From Nitrospirota bacterium (GTDB lineage Bacteria > Nitrospirota > UBA9217), in assembly GCA_963818475.1 (NCBI GenBank), contig CAWFSF010000006.1, positions 608,001 to 672,000 of the forward strand: a DNA stretch of 64,000 bases, read 5' to 3'. Below the pieces are notes generated by a model that saw only the letters and a list, made by a program, of their open reading frames with translations, made no database searches and was not told the origin of the DNA. A program made the translations under genes and the position numbers. Below, piece by piece: positions 1-9,419 of this stretch. Numbering within the stretch: the first letter of the stretch is position 1; the number at the start of each line of letters is the position of its first letter.

Positions 1-314
1 AGCATCTGGCCCTTCCGAACGAGGACGATGTCCGCCAGGGGGTGCAGGCGGCAAAGATCGCCGCCTATATCGGCGATATGAACAAGTACCCTGAGAAGGG
101 AAGGATGCGCGATAAGGAAATGAGCAAGGCGCGCCGCGATCTCGACTGGGAAAAGCAGTTCAAGCTCGCGCTCTATCCCGAGGAAGCACGGGCGATCCGC
201 AAAAGCCGCATGCCGGAGCATGAGGATACCTGCACCATGTGCGGAAGCTTCTGCGCGGCAAAGGGTGCGGCAAAGCTGTTTTCCGAGGATCTGCAGTTGA
301 GCGGAAAGCTGTAA
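1..314 (+). CDS. ThiC-family radical SAM protein, 3' end only (ThiC or the benzimidazole synthase paralogue BzaF/BzaB)
   Basis: HLALP...AAKIAAYIGD...SKARRDLDWEKQF...CTMCGSFC, the C-terminal CX2CX3C-type cluster motif of the ThiC family; adjacent to cobalamin transport genes. Confidence 0.8.
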   Translation, partial: HLALPNEDDVRQGVQAAKIAAYIGDMNKYPEKGRMRDKEMSKARRDLDWEKQFKLALYPEEARAIRKSRMPEHEDTCTMCGSFCAAKGAAKLFSEDLQLSGKL

Positions 315-324
315 GGCGACGGTT

Positions 325-464
325 CAGCTTGTTGAAAAAGTACTCAGTTGCAACCTAATTCGTCATCCCCGTGAAAACGGGGATCCTGTAAGCCTGATAA
401 GCCTGGATTCCCGCCTGCGAGGGAATGACGGAAAGGGGAGCGAAAACCATTTTCCAACAGTTTG
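325..464. repeat. MITE-like element with an internal REP-like double hairpin
   Basis: Imperfect terminal inverted repeats CAGCTTGTTGAAAAA / TTTTCCAACAGTTTG enclose GTCATCCCC-N8-GGGGAT and ATTCCC-N8-GGGAATGAC. Confidence 0.55.
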
Positions 465-504
465 TTAAACTTCTCCATCCGTCGCGGATGGGGAAGTCTT
501 TATA

Positions 505-1452
505 GTGCATTACTGGTCAGAAAGAGGAACAATCGTGGCTGGGATAAGATCGTTGTTGAAAGTAGAATTTTTTGTGGTTGTGCTTTTGGTCGGCGTTTGC
601 AGCCAGGGTATCTGTTTTCCCTTAACAGCAAAAGATGACAGGGGAAAGAAAATCGAGTTCAAGGAACGGCCGCGCAGGATCGTATCTTTGGTTCCCACCC
701 AGACGGAGTTGCTCTTTTCTCTGGGGCTTGGAAAGGAAGTTGTCGGTGTCACGAATTACTGCAATTATCCTGAAGCTGCCAGGCAGAAGGAAAAGATCGG
801 GGGGTTCGCCGAAATTGATGTAGAAAAGATACTCGCCTTGAAGCCTGACCTTGTACTGTCGTTCGGTACTATCCAGATCCCAGCAACGGAAAAGCTTGAG
901 AAGAGCGGTATGAAGGTATTCTGGATGTATCCTCACACCGTGAACGAAATACTGGATTCAATCGTACGGGTGGGGGAAATAACCGGGACCACGCGGGAAG
1001 CGACGCAGATGCGCGAGTCTATGGAGAAGGAGATACAAGCTCTTCGTGATGCGCTGGGCACGATCCCTGATGATAAACGCCCGACAGTCTTCAGAGTGAT
1101 GGGGATCGACCCTCCTGCGACCATCGGAGCAGAATCTTTTCAGTCCGATGTCTTTTACCTGGCAGGTGGGAAGAATGCGTTTGCCGATGTGAAGAAGGAT
1201 TATTTTCAAGTGGATGCCCGGGAGCTTGTCAAACGCAACCCGGATCTTATTGTTATGTGCGGCGCTGACGAAGCCGGATCAAAGCAAAGACTGAAAGACA
1301 GTCCTGATTTCAAGGATCTGCCTGCAGTGAAAAACGATGCTGTCTTGATCATCCCCTGCGACCTTACCTGCAGGCCGGGACCGCGCGTTGCGGAAACAGC
1401 CGCGAGGATAGCGCGGACCCTGCATCGTGAGAAGTTCTCTGGTAAGCAGTAG
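505..1452 (+). CDS. Cobalamin/iron ABC transporter substrate-binding protein (BtuF-like), copy 1
   Basis: RIVSLVPTQTELLFSLGLG..VVGVTNYCNYP and C-terminal RPGPR motifs; start codon uncertain. Confidence 0.85.
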   Translation: MHYWSERGTIVAGIRSLLKVEFFVVVLLVGVCSQGICFPLTAKDDRGKKIEFKERPRRIVSLVPTQTELLFSLGLGKEVVGVTNYCNYPEAARQKEKIGGFAEIDVEKILALKPDLVLSFGTIQIPATEKLEKSGMKVFWMYPHTVNEILDSIVRVGEITGTTREATQMRESMEKEIQALRDALGTIPDDKRPTVFRVMGIDPPATIGAESFQSDVFYLAGGKNAFADVKKDYFQVDARELVKRNPDLIVMCGADEAGSKQRLKDSPDFKDLPAVKNDAVLIIPCDLTCRPGPRVAETAARIARTLHREKFSGKQ

Positions 1453-1492
1453 GATAATTCTGCTTAGGTCGTTTATCTTATCAACGGCAGTT

Positions 1493-1624
1493 AGCCACAA
1501 AACGCACATAAGGCACATAGATTGAACAGGAATTTGAAACAGAATTGAGTTGTCATAAAATTAGTGATGTATTCCCCAATCACGTGTACTTGATTTTTAT
1601 GTGATTTCTGTGCATTTTGTGGCT
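1493..1624. repeat. Inverted pair of degenerate 9-mer tandem repeats (GCCACA...TGTGGC element), copy 1
   Basis: AGCCACAAAACGCACATAAGGCACATA ... TATGTGATTTCTGTGCATTTTGTGGCT; related copies at 4308 and 50560. Confidence 0.65.
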
Positions 1625-1701
1625 CAACTTTTTAGGTTTATCCGGTTGTCCGTACCAATTTTCCGATATCGTCTCGGAGATGACACAAGAGAAGGTAATG
1701 C

Positions 1702-2550
1702 ATGAAAAGAAATCTTATTGTTGTATTTCTTATCCTCGGTTGTTACAGCGCTGCCCTTGCTGCCGAACCGGCAGTTTCTCCCAAGCGGATCGTGTCGCTG
1801 GCGCCGAGCACGACCGAGATCCTGTTCGCGCTGGGGCTGGGCGATAATATCGTCGGCGTCACGAGCTTCTGCGACTATCCGGAGGAAGCGAAGAAAAAGC
1901 CGAAGATCGGCGGCATGTCCAATCCTTCGCTTGAGGCGGTCGTTATGATGAAACCTGACCTGGTCGTCATGACCACGGACGGCAACCCGAAAGAGTTCGA
2001 GGCCCGGCTTCGTTCCCTCAAGATCCGGACGTACGTTTTTACGGCACGAAGGCTTGCCGAGCTTCCCCAGGGGATCCGCGATATGGGCGCTTTTGTAGGA
2101 GCGCAGGAAAGATCAGACAGACTTGCCCAGGAGATACAGGACGGCATTGATCGCTTTAAAAAAAGAAAATCCGAAATCCGAAATCCGAAATCCGCAATGC
2201 CTCTGAAGGTCCTGTTCATTGTCTGGCCCGAACCGCTCATTGTCGCAGGCCCCGGCACGGTCATGGATGACGCCATCGGATTGCTTGGATACGAGAACAT
2301 CGCCGCAGCAGCGAAGACCTCTTATCCAAAATACTCCATTGAAGAGGTCATTCGCCAGTCTCCTGACGTGATCTTTATCGGCAAAGCATCGGGCATGGAC
2401 ATACGGGATGTTTCCCAGAAGATCCTGAACAGGCTGGGTTCAGTCACGGCTGTCAGAAACGGCTCGATCTATTACATAAGCGACAACCTGTACCGGCTCG
2501 GACCGCGGGTCATCAAGGGCATCGAGGAGCTTACCGCATGCGAACAGTGA
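1702..2550 (+). CDS. btuF: Cobalamin ABC transporter substrate-binding protein, copy 2
   Basis: Signal peptide; RIVSLAPSTTEILFALGLG..VGVTSFCDYP; RLGPR; overlaps the permease gene; carries an in-frame heptamer repeat. Confidence 0.85.
   Translation: MKRNLIVVFLILGCYSAALAAEPAVSPKRIVSLAPSTTEILFALGLGDNIVGVTSFCDYPEEAKKKPKIGGMSNPSLEAVVMMKPDLVVMTTDGNPKEFEARLRSLKIRTYVFTARRLAELPQGIRDMGAFVGAQERSDRLAQEIQDGIDRFKKRKSEIRNPKSAMPLKVLFIVWPEPLIVAGPGTVMDDAIGLLGYENIAAAAKTSYPKYSIEEVIRQSPDVIFIGKASGMDIRDVSQKILNRLGSVTAVRNGSIYYISDNLYRLGPRVIKGIEELTACEQ
2167..2198 (+). repeat. Heptamer tandem array (AAATCCG)4 inside btuF
   Basis: AAATCCG x4 + CAAT, encoding KSEIRNPKSA. Confidence 0.85.
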
Positions 2551-3503
2551 GGTTCGGGATATTTATCGTTGTTGCGGCCCTGATCCTGCTGCTGGCTCTT
2601 TTTGCTGGACCGCGGATGATCAATCCCTTCAGCATGAGCAACACTGAACGCGAGATCCTTTTCTCCATACGTCTGCCCCGGGTGGTCGTTGCCATGCTCA
2701 TGGGCATGGCTCTGGGCGCTTCCGGCGCGATTCTGCAAGGCGTGCTCAGGAACCCCCTTGCCGACCCCTATATTCTCGGGATATCGAGCGGAGCCTCCCT
2801 GGCAGCCGCCCTGGGCCTGATGTCCGGTTTCTATTTTTTCGGCAGCTTGAGCGTTCCCCTGACCGCATTCATCGGCGCAGTGCTCGTCAGTCTTCTCGTC
2901 GGTGCTTTCGGCTGGAAGCGGGGAGGTCTATGGCCGGAGCGGCTTCTCCTTGCCGGGATCGGCCTGAATTTTCTTTTCAGTGCGGTGCTGATGCTGCTTA
3001 TGAGCGTATCGAGCGATGATGGTCTCCGGCGGGTCGTGCTCTGGATGTTCGGCGATCTTTCCATGGCGGACTGGACACTTATTCCTTCGGCATCAATTTT
3101 TGTCATTGCCGGACTGGCCATTGCGCTCTGGCGGTCAAAAGCGCTGAACGCGCTGATCCTCGGCGACGAATTCGCCCACAGCCTCGGGTTCGCGGTCCAG
3201 CGGGAAAGGCTTATCATGTTCGCGGCAATGGCGCTCATGACCTCGGCCTCGGTCTCGCTGGGCGGGACCATCGGGTTCATCGGGCTGTTGATGCCTCATA
3301 TCGCGCGGTTCCTGCTCGGCGCGGACAGCCGCGTGCTGATTCCCGCATCGGTAGTCGCGGGCGGGGCATTCTTATGCCTGGCCGATCTGATCGGGAGGTC
3401 CATTATGCCTCCCCTGGAGCTCCCGTCAGGCACCGTGACCGCAATTATTGGCGCGCCCTATTTTCTCTATCTCCTCCGGAGGAAAGATGTCCTCAGCATA
3501 TAA
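2538..3503 (+). CDS. btuC: FecCD/BtuC-family ABC permease
   Basis: IRLPR, LRNPLADPYILGISSGA, GTIGFIGLLMPH, GAPYF motifs. Confidence 0.9.
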   Translation: MRTVRFGIFIVVAALILLLALFAGPRMINPFSMSNTEREILFSIRLPRVVVAMLMGMALGASGAILQGVLRNPLADPYILGISSGASLAAALGLMSGFYFFGSLSVPLTAFIGAVLVSLLVGAFGWKRGGLWPERLLLAGIGLNFLFSAVLMLLMSVSSDDGLRRVVLWMFGDLSMADWTLIPSASIFVIAGLAIALWRSKALNALILGDEFAHSLGFAVQRERLIMFAAMALMTSASVSLGGTIGFIGLLMPHIARFLLGADSRVLIPASVVAGGAFLCLADLIGRSIMPPLELPSGTVTAIIGAPYFLYLLRRKDVLSI

Positions 3504-4263
3504 GGGCCCGATCATCGAACTCAGGGACGTGTCGTTCAGGTATCCCGGCAATACACTGATCGTCAATGACCTTTCCTTTTCCGTCGGGAATGGCGAGTTC
3601 ATCGGCCTGCTGGGAGCCAATGGTTCGGGCAAATCCACGATCCTGAAGCTGGCTGCGGGCATGCTGCAGCCTGCAGCGGGAACCATCAGACTCTGGGACA
3701 AACCGCTCAGCACCTACCGGAACAAGGACCGGGCGAAACTGCTTTGCTATTTTCCGCAGCAGCTGGACGTGAACGTGCCGTTCACGGTACGGGAGATCGT
3801 TGGCATGGGGCTCTATCCCTACGATATCCCGCCGCAGATGACCGTTGATGAAGCCCTGGCAATGGTGGGACTGACGGCGAAAGCATCCGCTTTCGTAACG
3901 AATCTGAGCGGCGGCGAACGACGACGGGTCTTTATCGCCATGACGCTGATCCAGGGAGCGGGGGTCCTGCTCCTGGATGAACCCCTGGCGAACCTCGATA
4001 TCAGGTACCAGATCGAGTTCCTGCGGCTGCTCCGGGGACTGCAGGAGCAGAAGGGCATCTCCGTGATCATGGCGCTCCACGATATCAACATCGCACTCCA
4101 GTTCGAAAAGGTGATGGTGATCAAAGAAGGGTCGATCCTCGGCAGCGGAAGCCCCGAAACAGTGTTGACCAAGGAAATGATCAGGCAGGCCTTTGATGTT
4201 GATATCGAGGTTAGAAGAACCGATCGCGGTGAAGCCTATATTACGCATGAGAAATGGTTTTAG
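3487..4263 (+). CDS. btuD: ABC transporter ATP-binding subunit (BtuD/FepC-like)
   Basis: Walker A GANGSGKS, signature LSGGE, Walker B LLLDEP. Confidence 0.9.
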   Translation: MSSAYKGPIIELRDVSFRYPGNTLIVNDLSFSVGNGEFIGLLGANGSGKSTILKLAAGMLQPAAGTIRLWDKPLSTYRNKDRAKLLCYFPQQLDVNVPFTVREIVGMGLYPYDIPPQMTVDEALAMVGLTAKASAFVTNLSGGERRRVFIAMTLIQGAGVLLLDEPLANLDIRYQIEFLRLLRGLQEQKGISVIMALHDINIALQFEKVMVIKEGSILGSGSPETVLTKEMIRQAFDVDIEVRRTDRGEAYITHEKWF

Positions 4264-4307
4264 TTACTAAGGAATAAGATTTTGCTCAAAAACGGCAAAT
4301 ATATTTG

Positions 4308-4403
4308 GCCACATAAAGCACAGAAGGCGCAGAGAAAAGCTGGAATACGTAAAAAACTGTTCTGATTTCCGCTTTCTTTTGTGTTCTTTGTGACTTTTGT
4401 GGC
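4308..4403. repeat. Inverted pair of degenerate 9-mer tandem repeats, copy 2
   Basis: GCCACATAAAGCACAGAAGGCGCAGAG ... TTTGTGTTCTTTGTGACTTTTGTGGC. Confidence 0.65.
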
Positions 4404-4441
4404 TAAACAGTTTTCCGGCTCGTCCGGGTTAGGGAGCTTGC

Positions 4442-5083
4442 ATGTACCTCGTTTCATGGAGCGGAGGAAAAGACAGTTGCTTAGCCTGTTATCTGGCGAT
4501 CAGGAAGGGGCTTTCGATATCCAGCCTGGTGCATTTTGATCGGCCGAACAATCTCCACGGTGTTGATCCGTCCATGATACGGCTGCAGGCGGAACTCGCG
4601 GGAATACCGATCGTTCAGCAACGCATCATGTCTGACGATTTTGAACAGGAGTTCAAAAAGACCGTTGGCGAACATGCAAAGAACGGCACAAAGGGCATGG
4701 TCTTCGGCGATATTTATCTCGAACCGCACAAAGAGTGGGTTGACCGGGTATGTGGCGAACTCGGCATTGAGCCGATCGAGCCGCTTTGGGGGATGAAGAC
4801 CGAGAATATCATGCAGGATTTTCTTGATCTCGGCTTCGAGACAATTATCGCGAGCGGCGACCAAAAACTGATCGACAAAAAATACATCGGCCGGAAGATG
4901 GACCACGAATTTATCGAATATCTACGTTCGAGAAACCTGGATGTATGCGGCGAGAGCGGAGAGTTTCATACGTTTGTTACCAGCGGTCCGCTTTTTCAAG
5001 GAAAAATAAATATCACCGACGCAAACGTCACTAGCAGGGATGGGTTCTGGTTCCTGAATGTCGGGAACTATGAGGTCATCTGA
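4442..5083 (+). CDS. Dph6/MJ0570-like PP-loop ATP pyrophosphatase (diphthine-ammonia ligase family)
   Basis: SWSGGKDS PP-loop, VFGDI, EPLW, CGESGEFHTFV. Confidence 0.85.
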   Translation: MYLVSWSGGKDSCLACYLAIRKGLSISSLVHFDRPNNLHGVDPSMIRLQAELAGIPIVQQRIMSDDFEQEFKKTVGEHAKNGTKGMVFGDIYLEPHKEWVDRVCGELGIEPIEPLWGMKTENIMQDFLDLGFETIIASGDQKLIDKKYIGRKMDHEFIEYLRSRNLDVCGESGEFHTFVTSGPLFQGKINITDANVTSRDGFWFLNVGNYEVI

Positions 5084-5164
5084 CGCGCTGCACGATGTCG
5101 TACGTCGCTAGAAGAGGGAGGTGGTCATCAAGAAAACAGGAACGTAAGTAATGATAGTACGATA

Positions 5165-5325
5165 GGGTAATACATACGCTCAAACCGGGAGCAGAGAAGC
5201 GGAAGGGGGTGCGAATCCCCAGCTGTCGCGCAACTGTGATGGAAACGAAAGCCGAGCACGCCACTGTCTTTTGTCTCAGATGGGAAGGCCGGTGAGTAGG
5301 ATGTCCTAAGCCAGGAGACCTCTCG
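5165..5325 (+). promoter_or_regulatory. Cobalamin riboswitch
   Basis: GGAAGGGGGTGCGAATCCCC..CTGTCGCGCAACTGTGA, GCCACTG...GGGAAGGC and B12 box AAGCCAGGAGACCT, directly upstream of btuB; boundaries approximate. Confidence 0.9.
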
Positions 5326-5358
5326 TTCCCACAACCTCGAATGAAGGAGAAAGACCAA

Positions 5359-7194
5359 ATGAAGAAGATGTCGGTGGGAGTGTTGTTGGTGGTGTTGCTT
5401 TTGCAAAATTTGGCAATTGCCCAAGAGACACAGGTTCAGTTAAAGGAAATGGTGGTAACCGCTGATAGGATAGAAGGATCAACTGGCGAGACTACGAGCG
5501 ATGTTGTTGTGATAAAAGGTGAAGATGTGCGCAAGATGAATGTGCCGTTCGTGGCCGATGTCCTCCGGCAGGTCCCGGACATCAATATTGTCCAGAACGG
5601 AGGACCGGGACAGCTCGCAACAGTGTTCCTTCGCGGCGGCGATTCATCGCAGACCCTGGTGATGATCGATGGGGTAAAGGTCAAGAGCACGACCATGGGA
5701 TCATTCGATTTCTCGGGTCTCAGGGTCGAGGATGTCGAGCGGATCGAGATCGTGAAAGGTCCGCAGAGCACGCTTTACGGGTCGGAGGCCATGGCAGGCG
5801 TCATCAATATCATTACAAAAAAGGGAAAAGGCAGTGCATCGGTGGATGTTTCAATCGAGGCAGGTTCCTTTGAAACGATTAAGTCGTCCATCGCCCTTTC
5901 CGGCGGGGGCGAGAAGATCGATTACCGTTTGGCTGCCAGCACTCTTGAAACGGCCGGCTTTTCCGCGGCATCCGCTGGCACAGAGCGGGACGGGTACCGC
6001 GATGGTTCTCTTTCGGGCAAGCTTGGGTTCAAACCCGCGGATAAGTTCGAGTTTGACCTTTCGGGGAACTACCATCATGACCGGGCCGAGCTTGACGGCT
6101 TCGATTTTCTGGGAAAAGCAGCCGATGATCCGAATTTTGTCCAGTTCGGCGATCACACGCTTCTTTCAGCGCGGGGTAAAGCATATCTGTTCTCTGCCTG
6201 GGAGCAGATTCTAACCCTCTCCACGGTCAAGGATGCCTTGCGGTCCCGTGACCCTGATACGGTCAGCAATAACTACGATATCAAGACAGAAATGGATACG
6301 GTTGACTGGCAGCACAATCTGTTCCTGAACGAACAATATACCATGACCGCTGGCGTGGAGTACCGCGAGGAAAAAGGGGAGAATGCCGGAACGTTCGCCC
6401 GGTCGATCGACAATAAGGCGTGGTATCTCAATAACCGGTTGAAACTTGTCCAGGACAGACTTGTCTTGAATGCAGGGCTGCGGTATGATGACCATGAGAT
6501 CGCGGACGCCAAGACCACCTATCGCCTGGGCGCACTCTACGATATCAAGGCTGCGGCAATAAAGATCAAAGCTAATTACGGAACGGGGTTCAGGTCGCCG
6601 ACGTTCAACGACCTTTTCTACCCGGTCTACGGAAATGTGAACCTGAAGCCGGAGGAGAGCACTGCCTGGGATGTTGGTCTGGAAAAAGCAATTCTTCGGG
6701 ACAGCGGCACGATCTCAATAACCTATTTTGACCAGAACTACCAGAACCTCATCGATTACGATCCCCTTACCTGGAAAGCCGTGAACATTGCACGGGCAGA
6801 GATAAAAGGTATTGAAACGGGCATCACCATAAAGGCAGCTGACGACCTGACGATCAGGGCCGGCCATACGTATCTTGATACGAGGGATAAGGATACGGGC
6901 AGCCGTTTGACCAGACGGCCGATGGAGAAGTTCACGCTGGCGACGATCTATGCTGTGGAACGCCTGTCCGTCACAGTCAATTATGCTTTCGTCGGTCAGC
7001 GGTATGACTCCGCAGTCCAGAGAAGCCTTGCGTCGTATAACCTGGTGAACGTAAGCAGCACGTACGCGCTTTCCAAGAGACTGTCGCTGTTCGCGCGGAT
7101 CGATAACCTGTTCAATACAAAGTACGAAGAGGCCGGAGGCTACGGCACTGCAGGCCTCTCCGCCTACGGCGGCATCAAGGTGATACTGCTGTAG
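5359..7194 (+). CDS. btuB: TonB-dependent cobalamin receptor
   Basis: Signal peptide, TonB box EMVVTA, plug motif RIEIVKGPQSTLYGSEAMAGVINIITK, beta-barrel; riboswitch upstream. Confidence 0.85.
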   Translation: MKKMSVGVLLVVLLLQNLAIAQETQVQLKEMVVTADRIEGSTGETTSDVVVIKGEDVRKMNVPFVADVLRQVPDINIVQNGGPGQLATVFLRGGDSSQTLVMIDGVKVKSTTMGSFDFSGLRVEDVERIEIVKGPQSTLYGSEAMAGVINIITKKGKGSASVDVSIEAGSFETIKSSIALSGGGEKIDYRLAASTLETAGFSAASAGTERDGYRDGSLSGKLGFKPADKFEFDLSGNYHHDRAELDGFDFLGKAADDPNFVQFGDHTLLSARGKAYLFSAWEQILTLSTVKDALRSRDPDTVSNNYDIKTEMDTVDWQHNLFLNEQYTMTAGVEYREEKGENAGTFARSIDNKAWYLNNRLKLVQDRLVLNAGLRYDDHEIADAKTTYRLGALYDIKAAAIKIKANYGTGFRSPTFNDLFYPVYGNVNLKPEESTAWDVGLEKAILRDSGTISITYFDQNYQNLIDYDPLTWKAVNIARAEIKGIETGITIKAADDLTIRAGHTYLDTRDKDTGSRLTRRPMEKFTLATIYAVERLSVTVNYAFVGQRYDSAVQRSLASYNLVNVSSTYALSKRLSLFARIDNLFNTKYEEAGGYGTAGLSAYGGIKVILL

Positions 7195-7250
7195 TCCCGC
7201 CCATCCGTGGGCGAAAGTTTCAAGAATGAGCAGCTAGTGAAGTGCATACC

Positions 7251-7910
7251 ATGAAGCAGATGACACTACAGAGATCATTGTTTGTCTCGATCAGCATTCA
7301 CGTGCTCCTCTTCGGCACTGCCATCGCTTTTGCCGGGTACACGGGAGGTGTGCTCTGGGGAAGGCACGACACAACGATATCGGTAGCTCTGGTCGGGTCC
7401 GATTCTTTGCCAGGCTCGACCAGGGCCGCCAACCATGTGGTTCAGCAACAAAAACGTCTTCAACCGTTATCCCCGCGCGAAACGAGCATGCCTCCGCTTG
7501 AATCTTCCCGTTCAGAGGCTGCCGGCACCAGTGCCGAACAGGCGCTCATGCAAATTGATGAAGGACGCGCTATCATCCAGCAGGCAGATACAGCCGGGAA
7601 CGCGGAAAGCACGGGGCAGAGTTCGGGAGCACAATTCGGAATGATCCCGCCGGGACCACTGGCGGCGATCGAGGCAGCGCTCGATCGGGCAAAGGTCTAT
7701 CCTCGCCTGGCAAGGGAGCGGGGCATTCAAGGCGTTGTACATGTGCGATTCAAACTCAGACCGTCGGGCGAAGTGGAGCGCATAGAGATCGCCAAAAGCT
7801 CTGGATATGATATTCTTGATAATGCTTCCATCAAGGCCGTGTATCGGGCATGTCCCATGCCGTACCTGGAAGGCTGGCTGAACAAGCCTATGACATATAT
7901 GCTGAAGTGA
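7251..7910 (+). CDS. tonB: Energy transducer TonB
   Basis: N-terminal TM helix SISIH, C-terminal YPRLARERGIQGVVHVRF..SSGYDILD. Confidence 0.85.
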   Translation: MKQMTLQRSLFVSISIHVLLFGTAIAFAGYTGGVLWGRHDTTISVALVGSDSLPGSTRAANHVVQQQKRLQPLSPRETSMPPLESSRSEAAGTSAEQALMQIDEGRAIIQQADTAGNAESTGQSSGAQFGMIPPGPLAAIEAALDRAKVYPRLARERGIQGVVHVRFKLRPSGEVERIEIAKSSGYDILDNASIKAVYRACPMPYLEGWLNKPMTYMLK

Positions 7911-7937
7911 AACAATAGTCAGGATGAGGGCCTCGGA

Positions 7938-8135
7938 ATGGAAGACCTTAAAGTAACATGCCCGGTATGCAAAAAGAAGACGCCCTGGAAGAATAATTCC
8001 TTCAGGCCGTTCTGCTCCGACCGGTGCCGTTTGATCGATCTGGGGAAATGGGCATCGGATGAGTACCGTATCCCAGGCGAGAAGATAGACACTTCAGACG
8101 AGAACGCTGAAGGAAAAAATTCTGATGAGCTGTAG
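7938..8135 (+). CDS. yacG: DNA gyrase inhibitor YacG
   Basis: CPVC...[23 protein letters not shown]. Confidence 0.92.
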   Translation: MEDLKVTCPVCKKKTPWKNNSFRPFCSDRCRLIDLGKWASDEYRIPGEKIDTSDENAEGKNSDEL

Positions 8136-8223
8136 CTTATTTTGCTGAATTATATTACAATGTGCCCCAGAACGTTTGATGGATACCACGTCGTCTGTGT
8201 CCGTTTTTCAGGAGGGCCGCTGC

Positions 8224-9414
8224 ATGGATGTCCGGTGTGGAAGCTGTAACAAACTTTTCCGAATAGCCGATGAAAAGATCTCCGGTTCGGGCATAAAATT
8301 CGCCTGTTCACAGTGCCACGGTCCGGTAAAGATAACCCGGGAAGAGTTCGACAACTACATCCATTCGAAGGCGGCTGAGCCGGTCCTGCCGCCTGCTGCT
8401 CCGCAACCCCTGAAAATGGAAGTGCGGTGCGGCAGCTGCAACAAGCCCTTCCGCGTATCCGAGGACAAGATCACGGGATCGGGCATCAAGTTCGCCTGTA
8501 CAAAATGCGGCGCCCCGGTAACGATCTCGAAAGAGGACCTCGAAAAATACAAGAGTACCCGGGAAAAGGCCGGGGCATTCGTTGCGGTCGGCACCGAATC
8601 CGCCGCGCCGCTGGCTGCAACATCTGCCGCGGTGCTTCCGAAGAAACCGCCGGAGCGTGCACAAGACCGGATGCCGCCTTCTGCACCGGCCCTGGGTGAT
8701 GGAGAACGGCCATTGTCCGCTCCGCCGAGCCCCCAACCGCCACTCAGTAAAACACAGCCCGCGTCGCTGCTCCGGGAACAGGTCAAACCTCCGGTAAAGC
8801 GAAGTATCGAACCGACCGGCACTGTTCGGACGGAAACAGCAGTGTCCGCTTCAAACACGACCGCGCCATCTTCCACCTCGAGACAGTTGATGGTGCTGGC
8901 GGTCGCGGTTCTCATTATTGTGGCTGTTGGTTACCTGGCCATCTCACGCTTCAAAACATCCGTGCCCGTGACTACTGAACCGGTCCAGATGCTGACGTCG
9001 ATCGAGGGTTTGCAGGTCCTGAATACGTCGGCGGCGTATGATGCCAAGGGCGACTACGTGATATCCGGCGACATCGTGAATGCCACGGATGTGGAGCGGC
9101 CGGCATGGCTGATGGTCGCTGAGGTGTTCGATGCCAATGGAGCGCTGCTCGGCACGGCCAGAATGTTGAACGGCATTGAACTCTACACGAACCGGGACTA
9201 TGAGATCCTCGCGAAGCGGGGCACCAATGTCCAGGAACTGAAGGCGCGCAATCTTCAGGAGCAACGCAGCAAAATTTTACCTAACGCCACGGTCCATTTC
9301 GATGTCACGATCATCGAGGCGCCGGCCGGTATCGTGAACTTCAATGCAGGCCTCCAGTCCTTTGATCCCGTGCAGTTGTTCAAAGAAGTGATCGCAGAGC
9401 AAAAACAACCATAA
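8224..9414 (+). CDS. Membrane protein with two tandem MJ0042-type zinc ribbons, Pro-rich linker, TM helix and DUF3426-like C-domain
   Basis: Duplicated VRCGSCNKxFR..KI.GSGIKFAC..C; GGAGG RBS before 8224. Confidence 0.7.
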   Translation: MDVRCGSCNKLFRIADEKISGSGIKFACSQCHGPVKITREEFDNYIHSKAAEPVLPPAAPQPLKMEVRCGSCNKPFRVSEDKITGSGIKFACTKCGAPVTISKEDLEKYKSTREKAGAFVAVGTESAAPLAATSAAVLPKKPPERAQDRMPPSAPALGDGERPLSAPPSPQPPLSKTQPASLLREQVKPPVKRSIEPTGTVRTETAVSASNTTAPSSTSRQLMVLAVAVLIIVAVGYLAISRFKTSVPVTTEPVQMLTSIEGLQVLNTSAAYDAKGDYVISGDIVNATDVERPAWLMVAEVFDANGALLGTARMLNGIELYTNRDYEILAKRGTNVQELKARNLQEQRSKILPNATVHFDVTIIEAPAGIVNFNAGLQSFDPVQLFKEVIAEQKQP

Positions 9415-9419
9415 AACCT

